From an uncultured bacterium (GTDB lineage Bacteria; Chloroflexota; UBA5177; JANWHV01), in contig CAVSOU010000011.1 in NCBI GenBank assembly GCA_963729625.1, positions 736,001 to 800,000 of the forward strand: a DNA stretch of 64,000 bases, given 5' to 3'. The position numbers and the translations under genes were made by a program. The notes under the pieces are model-generated. The model was not told where the DNA came from. It worked only from the letters and a program-made list of their open reading frames with translations, and made no database searches. Shown piece by piece: positions 34,904 to 43,962 of this stretch; the stretch's first letter is position 1; the number at the start of each line of letters is the position of its first letter.

Positions 34904-37900
34904 TCAGGCAGAGTCTTCGATAAGCAGCTGCGGTGCCGTAAGGATGCCCGACGGCTTCAACTGGTACTCATAGGCCCATTGGTCACCGCTCGTGCGCCAG
35001 GCGTTGGGACCGAACCAGGTCCAACGGCGGTCAGCGTTGTGGACCGGGCCGAACGCGTTGACCCGGTTGCCGTAGACCGTCACGTCTAGTGTGTGCGAAC
35101 CCGCGGCAAGCAGGCCGAGCTCCAGGCTGTACGGGGCAAACGCGATCTTGCCGGCTTGCTTCCCATCCAACGCGACGGAGAGGAGCGGGGCCTTGAAGTC
35201 CGGGACGTGCAGCACCAGAGCGCGATCCGCGGCCTCGAACGAGCAATGGTAGACGACGTTCCCGGCGTAGAATGGCAGTCCCTGCGACGTCCAGTCGCCG
35301 AAAGCCAGCTCCCGTGGAGGTGCCACGATGCGGGCGTGCCGTCCGTGCTGGACGACCCCGAAGTCTCCGAGCAGATAGCACCACTCGACGTTGCTGCGCC
35401 GGCCAAAGGGCAGGCGCAATGTCAGCGCGTGGCTGCCGGCGCGCAGGGTCGGAAGCGGCACCGTCGTTATCGCTTCGTCCACGAACCACCCGCTGACGTT
35501 GTTGGACACCGTCGCTCCGTCGATCGCGATGGCGATCTCGGCAGCGTTCTCGAGCGCAAGCAGCGGTCGCTCGACATCTATGTCGCATGCGACGGCAAAG
35601 CGTAGGTCGAGCGTGTGCGGAGCGCTCGGAACGTCGGCCTCCGACCACGGCTGAGCAATGGCGTCCATCTTGAGCGGATACCCGAGCTGCGTACGCAGCA
35701 GGTTGTCGACGCGAAGCACCTCCTCCGCAGGTTGCCAGGCGCCATCATCGAAGCGGAATTCGGCCTGATCGAACAACAGCACGTTCGGCTCGGACAGCGA
35801 GATCGGGACCGGATCGGCGATCAACCTATACTGCGACGTGTTGACGCCGGCAGGCGAGGGCTGCAGGCCGGGTATGTCGGCCGCCTGGGAGGGATCGAGA
35901 TAGACGAGCAGGCTGCCCTGGGCATAGAAGTCCCAGACGAACCGGGTCCAGCCATCGTGGATGGTGGCTGGGAGCGGACGGCTGGTGCCAGCCAGAGTGT
36001 CGAAGTGCGTCACCGCCCAGGCGCCGCGCAACGAGACACGGGCTCCCGTGCAGTTCTCGTCCCGGCTCGGATTGCAGACAAACACGGCGCGGCGGTCGCC
36101 GTCGTCTCGAACCTGGTGCAGGAGCAGATCGGCAAGCCGGCCATCGGAGCGTCTTACCTCAACCTCGCGCACCGCTGCCAGCGCCTGCAGCAGCTGCCCC
36201 CGCGTGGCGGCGATGCGGGTACAGCGCTCCGCAAGCGCAGACGCACGGTCGGACGGCATGGCATCGACAAGTGAAGGCACCTCTCCAGCAAAGATCAACG
36301 TGCCGCCGGCGGCGGAAAAACGCTCCAGCCTGTCGAGAGAAGATGAACGAATCGTGCGCAGGCCGGGCACTATCACCCTCTCATACTGCATCTGTCCGAC
36401 CGGAAGCAACGCTTGATCCGCCTTCTCGAGAGGGCACAGGGATGGGAGCAGCGACTCGGCAATGAAATCGAAATCGATCAGCCCGTGCAGCAGCCAGGAG
36501 GTCAGATCCGCGAACGCTTGCTCTCGCTCGTCTCGTTCCACAGCACTCTGGTCGAGTGGGCCAAAGCAGAGCCAATAGGACTCTATGGGATGGATCACGC
36601 CGACGTGAACGCGCGCCACGCCACGCGTCAGCACCGTGTTGAGGCGTGCGAAATGGTCCTCGATCAGCGGGTACTCGCGGTACCACGGCGATTGATAGTG
36701 GATGGAAGCAGGGTAGTCCCTCTTCGCCTCTCCCGCCATAGAAACCCACGAGAGATGCGGCACGCGCACGGTAACGCCGAGCGCAGCCTGCCAATCGCCC
36801 TGCGCCTTGTGTCCCGCGAAGTCAAAATCCCAATTAGTAACGCCGTAGAGCTCGCTAAGCACGCCTGGCCGGCCGTACTGGCGCGCCGCACTCTGCGCCT
36901 GCTTCGCCGTCGTGTATTCATGCCAGTCGCAGAGCATGTCTATACCCGGTATGTGGAATGAACGGTACGAGCGCATCGCCTCGCTCAGCGTGGCGGTCTG
37001 CGACTCGAGAAGCGGCTCCTCCATCATGTGACCGGTCAGGGCGAGGCCATGCTCGCCGCACCAGGTGCCAATGGTGTCCGCGAACGCTTGGGCGAAGCAC
37101 TCGGCCACATGATCGTGGTACTGGTAACGGGCCAACGATGGACGCCCCGCAGGAAGATCCCACACCAGCTCGGGCAGCCGGTCGAGCAGGTCGTACGCGT
37201 GTGTGCTCTGAAAGCTTTCGGCAAATGCCGACGTCCACGGTAGCAGCACGTCGATCGCATCCTCAGCCCGCGGGAGCGAAGTCTTGCGCACGAACTGCGG
37301 CTCGTCGGTGAAGATGGCCGGGACGAGCGTGCCGAAGTCTGCGCCGAGTAGCGCTGCATAGCGCTCGTGCGTGATCTCGACGAAGCGCTCGATGGCAGCC
37401 TTGTCCAGCGTGTCGACATACGTCTGGTTGTTCCACCAGGGAGACGGTGTAGCGGTCTCAAGATAGGCGTACCAGACACGACCGGCGGCGGGCGGCGCCT
37501 GGCCCTCGGTCAGCCGGCGGTAGGCAGCCAGGGCGGCGGCTTCGAGCAGGACGTGATAGCGAGCGACCAGAATCCCATTTTCGGCGTGGTTCGATCGCTC
37601 CAACCCTGCAAACCGCTGGGGGCCGACCAAGCCGCTGTAAGGCTGTGTCGTCAGGCGGAGAAACTTGGCGCGAAACCGTGGGTCCTGGGTGACCAGGCCG
37701 CCTGCGAATCCGGAGGGCCAGCGGTCCTCATCGTATAGCCAGCAGAGCATGCCCTCGGATCTTGCTTTCTCAGCACACGCCTTCACATGGCCCATGAACT
37801 CCTCGCCCAGATAAGGGGTCGCCAGGCCGGTGCGTGCGTGGATGTGGAAGCCGCCAAAACCAGCTTCCTTCAGCCAGTCGATCTGGCGCAGCAGCTGATC

Positions 37901-38062
37901 GCGGTCCAGAAGTGTGTTCCAGGACCAAAAGGGCGTCCCGCGGTACTCGGCCGTGGGGTGACGGAACAGCTCGTCGTCGAGTCGGGGCGTGCCGCTGCGC
38001 GGGTAGAGCGCATGTGGGAGTTGAGTCACGCGCGCGTCTTGCCGGTGGGGTATGATCGCCAT
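34904..38062 (-). CDS. Large glycoside hydrolase, GH106 (alpha-L-rhamnosidase)-like
   Basis: PFWSWN, GGFHIHARTGL, WLYDEDRWPSGFAGG, IFTDEP, PGIDML, SELYGVTNW, KRDYPASI. Confidence 0.8.
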   Translation of the reverse strand: MAIIPHRQDARVTQLPHALYPRSGTPRLDDELFRHPTAEYRGTPFWSWNTLLDRDQLLRQIDWLKEAGFGGFHIHARTGLATPYLGEEFMGHVKACAEKARSEGMLCWLYDEDRWPSGFAGGLVTQDPRFRAKFLRLTTQPYSGLVGPQRFAGLERSNHAENGILVARYHVLLEAAALAAYRRLTEGQAPPAAGRVWYAYLETATPSPWWNNQTYVDTLDKAAIERFVEITHERYAALLGADFGTLVPAIFTDEPQFVRKTSLPRAEDAIDVLLPWTSAFAESFQSTHAYDLLDRLPELVWDLPAGRPSLARYQYHDHVAECFAQAFADTIGTWCGEHGLALTGHMMEEPLLESQTATLSEAMRSYRSFHIPGIDMLCDWHEYTTAKQAQSAARQYGRPGVLSELYGVTNWDFDFAGHKAQGDWQAALGVTVRVPHLSWVSMAGEAKRDYPASIHYQSPWYREYPLIEDHFARLNTVLTRGVARVHVGVIHPIESYWLCFGPLDQSAVERDEREQAFADLTSWLLHGLIDFDFIAESLLPSLCPLEKADQALLPVGQMQYERVIVPGLRTIRSSSLDRLERFSAAGGTLIFAGEVPSLVDAMPSDRASALAERCTRIAATRGQLLQALAAVREVEVRRSDGRLADLLLHQVRDDGDRRAVFVCNPSRDENCTGARVSLRGAWAVTHFDTLAGTSRPLPATIHDGWTRFVWDFYAQGSLLVYLDPSQAADIPGLQPSPAGVNTSQYRLIADPVPISLSEPNVLLFDQAEFRFDDGAWQPAEEVLRVDNLLRTQLGYPLKMDAIAQPWSEADVPSAPHTLDLRFAVACDIDVERPLLALENAAEIAIAIDGATVSNNVSGWFVDEAITTVPLPTLRAGSHALTLRLPFGRRSNVEWCYLLGDFGVVQHGRHARIVAPPRELAFGDWTSQGLPFYAGNVVYHCSFEAADRALVLHVPDFKAPLLSVALDGKQAGKIAFAPYSLELGLLAAGSHTLDVTVYGNRVNAFGPVHNADRRWTWFGPNAWRTSGDQWAYEYQLKPSGILTAPQLLIEDSA

Positions 38063-38165
38063 CTTTTCACCGCACCTCTGCTGCATGCGCAGCTCGCAGA
38101 CCTCGCGCATGCCGATGTCGCGCCAGCCCGCTATGCAGCCGCAGGAAGGCGAGCCATGCCAGATG

Positions 38166-38194
38166 TTGACAGACGCCTGTCACAGGTCTACTAT
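38166..38194 (+). promoter_or_regulatory. Promoter with overlapping inverted-repeat operator
   Basis: TTGACA-17bp-TACTAT; palindrome TGACAG-ACGC-CTGTCA at 38167-38182. Confidence 0.7.
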
Positions 38195-38236
38195 CTGCTA
38201 AGTCTCTATCATACCGGATAGCAGGTGGGAAGCCCG

Positions 38237-38590
38237 ATGAGCCGAGCTGTGCTGTTCGAGCAGCTTCCGCGCGAGCACTCCCGGCACGCACCGGTGTGCA
38301 ACTCAGAATCTCGCCGCCGTTTCCATACTGGCATCGGCGATCGACCGGATCGAGCACCTTGGATGGGGCTGGGCCGAACAGCGCGAGTGGACACTTGGGG
38401 CGTACCTGCACCGGCAATTGCGGGTCTTCCCAGGCACCACGGTGCTGACTCCCGACGACTGGCAGTTGTCGTCGGCCATCACAGCCTTTTCGATCGCGGC
38501 GTCGAAGCCCTGCGCTTGCACACGTTCGGGACGACGTGGCGTTTCGCTGTCCATCCCTTTCCGGACCGTCGGGGAGACCGGCGCGTCGTA
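38237..38590 (+). pseudogene. Degenerate C-terminal fragment of a paralogue of the class V PLP enzyme at 22620-23819
   Basis: TQNLAAVSILASAIDRIEHLGWGWAEQRE..LGAYL..LRVFPGTTVLTPDDWQLSSAITAFSI aligns with TQNLAVVSVLADAVAWIDSLGWDWVEQRE...VPGTTVLTPDAWENSSAITSFSI. Confidence 0.8.
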
Positions 38591-38672
38591 TGAGCGGCAC
38601 AGGTGCCCGCTGGGCGACTGTCGCGTCCGGCGGTCTCTTCAGCTCGTGATGGAAGGTTGGGAGGGTTGTCTT

Positions 38673-39854
38673 GTGGAAGACTCGCGCACCGTCGTCGATG
38701 CATTGATGCGTGGCGGGAAGCCCGGACGCGTGGGATTGGTGGACGGCCCGTGGCCGGAAACCGTGCTCGCCTGGATCGAGCAGGGCTATCCCATGCGGGA
38801 TCGGAAGATCCATAAAGAGGTGGGCGAGCACTATTGGCGACCAGAGGACGGCAGGTGGGAGGAGGTCGAGCGGAGCGGCGACTACGAAGAGCCACAACCG
38901 ATCTGGGAGCACTTTGACTACGACATGGTCGGCGTGGGCGGTTGGTTCGATTGGCATCCTTTGCGCGACTGCGACGAGCTTGTCGAGGAGCACGGCGACT
39001 GGGAGGTACGGCGCAACGGCTCGGGCGCCTCGCTCAAGTTCTGGAAACACCGGTCAGGCACCCCCGAGCACATCGGCTTCCGCATGACCAGCCGCGACGT
39101 CTGGGAGCGCGATTACCGCCCGCGGCTGCTGGAATGGGATGTCGAACGGTTCGGGAATCTGGACGAGACGCGCAAGGCCCTTGCCGAGGCCAGGGCGGCC
39201 GGCAAGTGGACGCACTACGGGCATCAGTTCATCTGGGAGAATATGCGGCAAAGCCTGGGTGATATCACACTGTATGAGAGCTTGCTGCTCGATCCCGCGT
39301 GGATTCATGATTATTGCCGGGTGTACACCGACATGTACAAGCGCTATTTCGGCTACCTCATCGCGAACGTGGGCAAGCCCGACGGCATCTGGCTGTACGA
39401 AGACCTAGGCTACAAGAACGGACTGTTCGCCTCGCCAAAGGTGCTGGGCGAGCTGATCTTTCCGTATTTTCACGAGCTGGTGGAGTTCTTCCATAGCTTC
39501 GACCTGCCGGTGGTGCTGCACAGCTGCGGAAGCACGGCGCAGGCCTTGCCGCTGATCGTGGACGCCGGCTTTGACGCCCTCAACCCGATGGAACGCAAGG
39601 CGAAGGGTAACGATCCTTTAGCGTTCGCCGCGCAGTATGGCGATGAGCTGGCGTTCATCGGCGGGCTGGATGTCCGCGTCTTCGAGACCAACGACCGGGA
39701 GATTATCAAGCGCGAGGTCACCACGTACATCGAAGGCATGAAGGCGCGCGGTGCCCGCCTGGTGTTCGCGTCAGATCACTCAATCCCGCCTACTGTGACT
39801 TACGCGACGTACAAGTACATTGTCGACACGTACCGGGACCTGATGGCATATTGA
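38673..39854 (+). CDS. Uroporphyrinogen decarboxylase / MtaA-fold family protein 2
   Basis: GIWLYEDLGYKNGLFASP, VVLHSCG, GFDALNPME, FIGGLD, FASDHSIPP; GTG after GGAGG. Confidence 0.88.
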   Translation: MEDSRTVVDALMRGGKPGRVGLVDGPWPETVLAWIEQGYPMRDRKIHKEVGEHYWRPEDGRWEEVERSGDYEEPQPIWEHFDYDMVGVGGWFDWHPLRDCDELVEEHGDWEVRRNGSGASLKFWKHRSGTPEHIGFRMTSRDVWERDYRPRLLEWDVERFGNLDETRKALAEARAAGKWTHYGHQFIWENMRQSLGDITLYESLLLDPAWIHDYCRVYTDMYKRYFGYLIANVGKPDGIWLYEDLGYKNGLFASPKVLGELIFPYFHELVEFFHSFDLPVVLHSCGSTAQALPLIVDAGFDALNPMERKAKGNDPLAFAAQYGDELAFIGGLDVRVFETNDREIIKREVTTYIEGMKARGARLVFASDHSIPPTVTYATYKYIVDTYRDLMAY

Positions 39855-39890
39855 GCGGCCCGCGGCAGCTTTCCCGCACTCACCGGTGTG

Positions 39891-40090
39891 CTAGCGCAGG
39901 AACAGCTGTACGACTGGCACGACGACATCCGGCCTGCGAACCGGCAGCTTGAGCAGCGCCGTGTCCCCGCAGGGCTTGCCGGGATCCAGATACGCGATTT
40001 GCTGCGGCCGCGCGCTCGACGTGCTGAAACCGACCTCGCTGCCATCAAGCAGTAGCTGCGCGTATTCGATGCGGCCCGCCAGGCTGCACT
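39891..40090 (-). pseudogene. C-terminal remnant resembling a GH29 alpha-L-fucosidase
   Basis: LAGRIEYAQLLLDGSEV...LKLPVRRPDVVVPVVQLFL* resembles GH29 C-termini as recalled; no catalytic domain. Confidence 0.5.
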
Positions 40091-40292
40091 CAGGATGCGT
40101 GGGCGGTAGCAGCTTCAACGCCACGTCACGTCCGAGTAATGGCAGCGGTTTCAGCAGCTTCTCGCGTGAACCAGGAGTTGGCAAGAGCGTTCCACAGCAT
40201 CCCGACGCGCCAACTGCCCATCGGCCCAGCGCAGGTCGGCGCACTCCTGCGCCCGCAGGCCGGCATGCGCACCGAGCAGCACCAGCACGCGA

Positions 40293-40508
40293 TCAGGGCA
40301 GGGGATCACGCGCTGGGTGCATGACCCAGCTCAGACCCATCGCCTGTGCACCCCGGTAGAAACGTCCGTCCACGGTCCAGAGCGTCGTGCCTGCCTGCTC
40401 CGCCAGCGCGGCATACGCCATGTCAAAGAGCGAACCTCGACGGCTGCGATAGCTCAACTCAATGCCCCGCGCGTAGATATCACTGCGATAGTCGCGCACG
40501 CTGCCCAT
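40293..40508 (-). pseudogene. C-terminal half of a VapC/PIN toxin
   Basis: SLFDMAYAALAEQAGTTLWTVDGRF matches the PIN C-terminal motif; N-terminal D-x-S/N motif and antitoxin absent. Confidence 0.65.
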
Positions 40509-41037
40509 CAGGCAGCTGTTCCCACTGCGGGGTCAGCGATATAGTGCTGGTCCCAGTTTGATGCACGCGGTCGACCAGCGCAATGTCGTAGGCTGCGACC
40601 GCCTGCACCAACTCAATGGCTTCCGTCGGCAAGAGCGTTGGCAACGGTGGATGGGCCAGACACAGCCGGTAGAGCGCGTTGGCCTTCGGGCTTGCGTGGT
40701 AGCTGGTGCTCAAACGGTCGGCAAGTCCATCCGGCCCGCATCTGCGTGGTTCCCGGCCAACACCGCTCGCCAAGCGGCCGGCTGCGACTGCGCGGTCCAA
40801 GGAAACTGCTCCGCAGGCTAGCGATGTGCTATATCCTGCAACCAGGCTGAAGGTTGCCGGACTGGCTACCTCAGATCGGTTCATTTCCGTCGGTTCCGTC
40901 ATGTGCCCCTCTGGCGATACTTGGCGGGCGAGGATATTGTCAGAGGTACTGGGCACGAAGAGCGGTGCCACGCTGGCGGCCCGAAGCACGGCACGATCCG
41001 CGGCAGCGCAGAAGAGAGGAAAACGAGGACTGAAGCC

Positions 41038-42558
41038 ATGAGCGCGACGATGCAGGTCCATCTGGACGTTGACCGCACGGCCGGGACACGCGATCCCGCC
41101 TTCTTCGGCCATTTCCTCGAGCACTTCCACCGCCAGATCTACGGCGGCATCTTCGAGCCGGGCTCGCCGCTTGCCGACGAGCAGGGCTTGCGCACGGACG
41201 TCATCGAGGCGCTCCGGCACATCCAGCCGGCGGTGATCCGCTGGCCCGGTGGCTGCTTCGTCTCCGCGTACCACTGGCGGGACGGCGTGGGACCGGATCG
41301 CCAGCCAACCTTCGACAAGGCCTGGCGAGTCGAAGAGCCGAACACCTTCGGCACCGACGAGTTCATCGCCTTCTGCCGGGCGGTCGGCGCCGAGCCGTAT
41401 CTGTGCACCAACGCCGGCACGGGGACGCCTGAGGAGATGAGCGACTGGGTGGAGTACTGCAACCTCGAGAGCGAGGGCCGCTGGGCCGCGCGGCGCCGTG
41501 CCAACGGGCACGCGGCGCCGCACGCCGTGCGCTACTGGAGCATCGGCAACGAGAACTACGGCTGGTGGGAGATCGGGGCCAAGGACTCCGAGGAGTGGGC
41601 ACGCTACGTTCTCGAAGCGGCCAAGATGATGAAGCGGGTGGACGACACCATTCAGGTATGCGCGGCGGCCACCTCCGACCGGGCCTGGAGCATGCGGCTG
41701 CTCGAGCGGGCCGGCCGCTACCTCGACCTGATCGCGCTGCACGACTACCCGGCCCGTGGCGATACCCCGTACCTGACCTGCATGAGCGCCATACGAGACG
41801 CGGAAGCGAAGGTCGTCGCCATGGAGCAGATGCTGGGCCTCCTGCAGTTGTCTGATCGGGTTCGCATCGCCTTCGACGAGTGGAATCCCCGCGGCTGGCA
41901 TCATCCTGGTCACGCCGATGTGGCGCCGCGAGCGATTGAGGAGTGGCGGCGGAACGACGACAACAGCGTCTACACCATGGCCGACGCGCTCCTCTACGCC
42001 GGCTTCCTGAACACCTGCCTGCGCCACTGCCGCAGCGTGGCCATGACCAACCTCTCGCCGGTCGTGAACACGCGGGGCGCGATCTACGTCCACCCGGAGG
42101 GACTGGTTCTGCGGCCCACCTACCACGTGTGCGACCTGTACGCCAACCACACCTACCCGGAGGTGCTCGACGCCCACGTCGCTTCGCCCGCCTTCGAGGC
42201 GTCGCGGCTGGACGGGACTGCCACGATGGTGGCCTACGGGGACGTGTGCGCGACGATCGACCGCCGGCAGCGGCGGCTGGCCGTCGCCGTGTGCAACACG
42301 CACCCGGAGGAGGAGCTGACCTGCCGTATCTGGGTACCGGGGGTGACGCTAGCTGCGCGGGGCACCGTGCGCACGCTGACCGGACCCACGTTGGAGGCGT
42401 ACAACGATCGCGATCGGCCAACCGACGTGCAGATTGCCATCAGCTCCTTACGCAGCGAGACTGACACCTGCACGCTCCACCTGGATCCGCACTCGGTGAG
42501 CGTCACTACGCTCAGTCTCGATCCAGATTCAGCGCCTGCCAGCTGCCCAGCAGGATAG
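41038..42558 (+). CDS. Alpha-L-arabinofuranosidase, GH51
   Basis: GHFLEH, RWPGGCF, FGTDEF, WVEYCN, WSIGNE, FDEWN. Confidence 0.95.
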   Translation: MSATMQVHLDVDRTAGTRDPAFFGHFLEHFHRQIYGGIFEPGSPLADEQGLRTDVIEALRHIQPAVIRWPGGCFVSAYHWRDGVGPDRQPTFDKAWRVEEPNTFGTDEFIAFCRAVGAEPYLCTNAGTGTPEEMSDWVEYCNLESEGRWAARRRANGHAAPHAVRYWSIGNENYGWWEIGAKDSEEWARYVLEAAKMMKRVDDTIQVCAAATSDRAWSMRLLERAGRYLDLIALHDYPARGDTPYLTCMSAIRDAEAKVVAMEQMLGLLQLSDRVRIAFDEWNPRGWHHPGHADVAPRAIEEWRRNDDNSVYTMADALLYAGFLNTCLRHCRSVAMTNLSPVVNTRGAIYVHPEGLVLRPTYHVCDLYANHTYPEVLDAHVASPAFEASRLDGTATMVAYGDVCATIDRRQRRLAVAVCNTHPEEELTCRIWVPGVTLAARGTVRTLTGPTLEAYNDRDRPTDVQIAISSLRSETDTCTLHLDPHSVSVTTLSLDPDSAPASCPAG

Positions 42559-42958
42559 TGTGGACAGCCACGGACATCGAGTTCACCAGCCGACCTCGCA
42601 TTCAGCCACTCACTGATTGTCCGTTCCTTGCATGGCGAGCGTGCCGTGGGCGCGCTTATCCAGCCCAACCAGATGCAATACCAGCAACCCAGAGCGCTTC
42701 CCCTGCCATATCTGTGCACAGAAACGAGTCCACCAAGTGACCGCCGAGATCACGTCATGCTGTTGCCGGCCGGTCCGTCACGTTTGTGGCGTCCTGACGC
42801 TGGTGTTCGGTGGCGCCGATGGGAAGACGTACGAGTGGGCAGCGCTGTTCCTCGGGGCGGCGGCGCTGGCATGCGCGGCCGGCTACTGGGAGCTGACCAT
42901 TGCCCGCTCAGCATGTCCCAGAACCAGAGCTTGCGCTGTAACTCGACAGGAGATTGAA

Positions 42959-43132
42959 ATGCCAAAGCAGATACCAATTGTACTGTACGTTGTGGTGATG
43001 ATTGCCGTCGTCGTGAGTGTCGATATATTGTTCTTGAGGCAGCACTTCTGGGCACGGCTGCTCGTGAACATCGGCATTGTCGGGGTGTTTGGAGCCTTCT
43101 ATTTGAGATTCCTGAAGAACTCGGGGGCGTGA
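42959..43132 (+). CDS. Small two-TM membrane protein (57 aa)
   Basis: AGGAG RBS; MPKQIPIVLYVVVMIAVVVSVDILFLRQHFWARLLVNIGIVGVFGAFYLRF. Confidence 0.7.
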   Translation: MPKQIPIVLYVVVMIAVVVSVDILFLRQHFWARLLVNIGIVGVFGAFYLRFLKNSGA

Positions 43133-43251
43133 TAACGATTCTTCACGTACCTGGCCATGTGCCGTGTTTCACGCGTTGCCATGGGCAGTTCCTAATTGCA
43201 CTGCTACACAGGCGTGGGTGGCACCACATGTAAACTTCGACACATAATCCA

Positions 43252-43289
43252 TGCAAGTACTTGCACGCATCTCCCACCTGCGCTAGGAT
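43252..43289 (+). promoter_or_regulatory. Promoter and operator of tetR-mmpL
   Basis: Perfect palindrome TGCAAGTACTTGCA (43252-43265) overlapping TTGCAC-17bp-TAGGAT. Confidence 0.7.
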
Positions 43290-43346
43290 TATGCCTGGCT
43301 CAGCAGTTCGCTGGCCGCCACGCACCAGCTCAGCGACGTGAGAACA

Positions 43347-43937
43347 ATGCCCGCCAACAAGACAACTAAGGATAGGCTTCTGCACGCGTTTCTCGACCTC
43401 GTTGTCGAGCATGGCTATGAAGGTTCGACCACACGCGCAGTGGCCGATGCCGCCGGGGTCAACGAGGTCACGCTCTTCCGTCACTTCGGTGACAAGGCGT
43501 CCCTGGCACGGGCGGCCTTCAAGGTGATCTCGCCCGATGCCGCATTGATCAGCTACGATCCCAAAGTCGATGCATCCGATCCAGCCAGGGCGGCAGCCGA
43601 CCTGGCTGCCTGCCTGCTCTTCTTGCGCGACCGCCTGCGCGAGTATCCCTTGATGGTCAATCCGGTGCTGCGTGAGCTGGCGCACCGGATAGGCCGCGGC
43701 TACGACAGGGAAGCCGTCCCAGGACCCGCGTTTGCCATCATTCAGCGGGCGCTGACGAAAGCGAAGCCCGTATTGCGCCCGGAAGTCGATATTACCGCCG
43801 CGACCCTGAGTCTTCTCGGTCTCACGGTGATCTACCTCATGGAGGAGCGATATTCGCAGAGTGTGGACATCGCCAGGGGCGATGCGCTGTTCGCCGCTGC
43901 CCTTCGACCATTGATTTGCTGGAATCCCGGCGTCTGA
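43347..43937 (+). CDS. TetR/AcrR family regulator
   Basis: TKDRLLHAF...GYEGSTTRAVADAAGVNEVTLFRHFGDK. Confidence 0.92.
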   Translation: MPANKTTKDRLLHAFLDLVVEHGYEGSTTRAVADAAGVNEVTLFRHFGDKASLARAAFKVISPDAALISYDPKVDASDPARAAADLAACLLFLRDRLREYPLMVNPVLRELAHRIGRGYDREAVPGPAFAIIQRALTKAKPVLRPEVDITAATLSLLGLTVIYLMEERYSQSVDIARGDALFAAALRPLICWNPGV

Positions 43938-43962
43938 TTCGCTGGATTCCTCAGGAGGTGAT

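Noticed and set aside
30595-39854. hemE assignment for the URO-D-like genes
   Set aside because: They lack the HemE RQAGR motif and haem-pathway context.
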